The notes beneath the pieces are model-generated. The model saw only the letters and a program-made list of their open reading frames with translations. It was not told the DNA's origin and did not search any database. Of a stretch of 64,000 bases of DNA, positions 61,952 to 64,000 are shown piece after piece (position 1 is the first letter of the stretch; the number at the start of each line of letters is the position of its first letter). Origin of the DNA: Selaginella moellendorffii (lineage: Eukaryota; Plantae; Lycopodiophyta); the NCBI RefSeq assembly GCF_000143415.4, contig NW_003314325.1, forward strand, positions 714,086-778,085, given 5' to 3'. Both the position numbers and the translations under genes were made by a program.

Positions 61952-62969
61952 GCTCTTATGCGCATCGCATCATGGCCGTTGGATGATGGGGACGTCCGAG
62001 GTTCAAGTCCTGGCAGGTTCTAGCTTCCCGATGTTTTTCATGGCATCCCCGATCGCTCAGCTGCACTCCAAATGCCGGGCGCGCTCGTCAACGACAGAAT
62101 TAACTTCCTGGACACAAGTGGAAGAGAGCAGGCTGGTTTTCCGGGCGATGGATCAAAAGGATATCATCTCCTAATGTCTTGCGCAGCTTACGTTTGGGTT
62201 GAGCGTCTCAGCGGCAGTGCAAGATCTATCCTATCCGGTAAGCTCTTATTCCGTTTGCTCTCTTCTTGTTTCTTCGTTTCCAGTTGTGAGTTTTCGATTA
62301 TGTTGACACGGTTGTGATGATCGGACAAACCAGCACTTTCCAAAAGGACAGCACTATCCATACTTATGGAAGCATCGTCTACGTGAAATGCACATCTACT
62401 ATACGATCTACATCTCGGACGACTGTCCTAAGTCCATCTACGGGTACAAGAAAACTCATTTATATTTTGGAGAGAACTAAACGAGTGAAAAATAGGTGGC
62501 CATAGAGACTGGAACCCTCCAAATACGCTGCGTTCTAGCTGATAGTCGTCAGCTGCTCTATACCGATGGCTTTCCAGTAAGAAACGTGTTTAACCGTGTT
62601 ATATGCGCTTGCTTCAATGGAGCGTCCAACACCGCTCAAACAGGAGGCTTGGACATGCGAGTGATAGTAAGCAAGATAAGCAGGGTCTGACCTGACCACA
62701 TCCAGCAGCTGATGATATCTCCAGAGGATCTCAAGGTCTGTCAATCTTTCTCCTCGAGTTTTAACAAGTTTGTCCTTTTACTGAGATCTTGGTTATCTCT
62801 TAAGGTTTCTAAGCAATGCACGGCGTTATTGCTTTCTACAAAGACACAACGAGAGTCCTTGTTAACACTCTTGGATTTCAAAGTTATGGAGGCACACGCT
62901 CCATACGTCTGGGTGGGATGTTTTCTCAGAAATCCTGGAGGTCTCGAGTTTTCTTGACTTTTAGTTTTA

Positions 62970-63543
62970 GGGAAGGTCAGGTATGGACGTCCATGAGCAA
63001 GATGAGATAGCAGTTTCGCAATGGTTTCAAGAAGCATGAGCCGCAGGTCTTCGAGATCATAACCTTTTTAAAGTTTGGCATTGGACAGCGTGCGTTTCTC
63101 ATCCAGACTCAAGGTATGTATGTTTGGAGCTATGGCCGTTGTGCATTATTTATGGTTTTTATGTTTTTGATGGAGGGAAACATACTGTGGGACTGCATCT
63201 CATTTCTAGACGATGCCACAGTGGCGATAATCAAGTCACTAGGTGGATTGAGAGCGATTGCCACCTCTCACCCGCATTACTACAGCACAAACTCTCGATG
63301 GAGCGAGGCTTTTGGAGGCGTCCCGGTTTATATCCACGGATGGTATTGTCTACCTTTGTTTCTCTCTTTCATTTCGATCTCTCTGTATCCATACTTTTGC
63401 AGAGTGGTTTACCAGCATGAAAAGGTTAAGTTCTACTATGGGAGGGACTCACGCTTTTAGCCATTTTTCTGTTGCACAAATCCTCCACTGGTCTCATGGA
63501 GCTCAAGGGAGAGGTGTTTTATTCACTGGAGATATCTTACAGG
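62970..63543 (+). pseudogene. MBL-fold hydrolase fragment (copy, left-array-like haplotype)
   Basis: Retains SHPHYYSTNSRWSEAFGGVPVYIH and GRGVLFTGDILQV. Confidence 0.8.
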
Positions 63544-64000
63544 TATAAACTTCCGTCGTTTACAAACTTTGTTTTCGTTTTGTTTTCCTCACTCCATGTT
63601 TGATTTGTAGGTGGGGATGGACAACAAAACAGTGAGCATAATGAGATCGTATCCAAGCTATATACCACTCTCGTCCATGTTTGATTTGTAGGTGGGGATG
63701 GACAACAAAATAGTGAGCATAATGAGATCGTATCTAAACTATATACCACTCTTGTCAAGCCACACTAAAAGGATAGGCCAGGTGATCGAGCCATGGGATT
63801 TTGGGAGGCTCTACGTTGTGTTTCAGGACAGAGAGGATGACGCTGCTTAAGCATCACAATTATCGATTGACTCTCAAGTAATGAATCAGACTGAAACTCG
63901 ATATGCTTTTCTGATTATGATTTGCCATAACATTGTTTCCAAAGTTAAATTGGACATTTGTTTCTGTGAGGGAGAAAATAACTTAGAGTGAGCAGTGTTA

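Larger units (their letters stand above)
51455..64000 (-). repeat. Right tandem array of the ~5.0 kb chimeric unit, inverted relative to the left array; runs off the window
   Basis: Period about 5004/4999 bp (ORFs 54016/59020, 55230/60234, 57536/62535). Reverse complement of the unit in 568-7280. Confidence 0.97.

Overview
Gene-dense plant nuclear DNA with very short introns (about 50-90 nt). This and the PPR style suggest a lycophyte such as Selaginella (inference). The core (about 7.3-51.4 kb) holds a G-type lectin S-domain receptor kinase, a full-length non-autonomous LTR retroelement (CATTG TSD, Met-tRNA PBS, PPT) nested in an older inverted LTR of its own family, and a tight gene cluster: plastid G6PD, CLASP, a small Gly-rich protein, an RCC1-repeat protein, a DUF761-like protein, a SelK-like protein, CHLG, copper amine oxidase and KCR. 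The cluster ends with a five-exon gene that resembles the bacterial toxin-immunity protein SdpI. Both ends of the window are tandem arrays of one ~5 kb chimeric unit in opposite orientations (568-7280 on +, 51455-64000 on -). The unit carries an intact FCP1/SCP-like (NIF) phosphatase plus fragments of PPR, GH47 mannosidase, Pumilio and metallo-beta-lactamase-fold genes. Top leads: the spliced SdpI-like gene, the gene-capturing ~5 kb amplicon, a pol relic apparently antisense to its LTRs, and three solitary intergenic B-boxes. Family assignments come from remembered motifs, not database searches.
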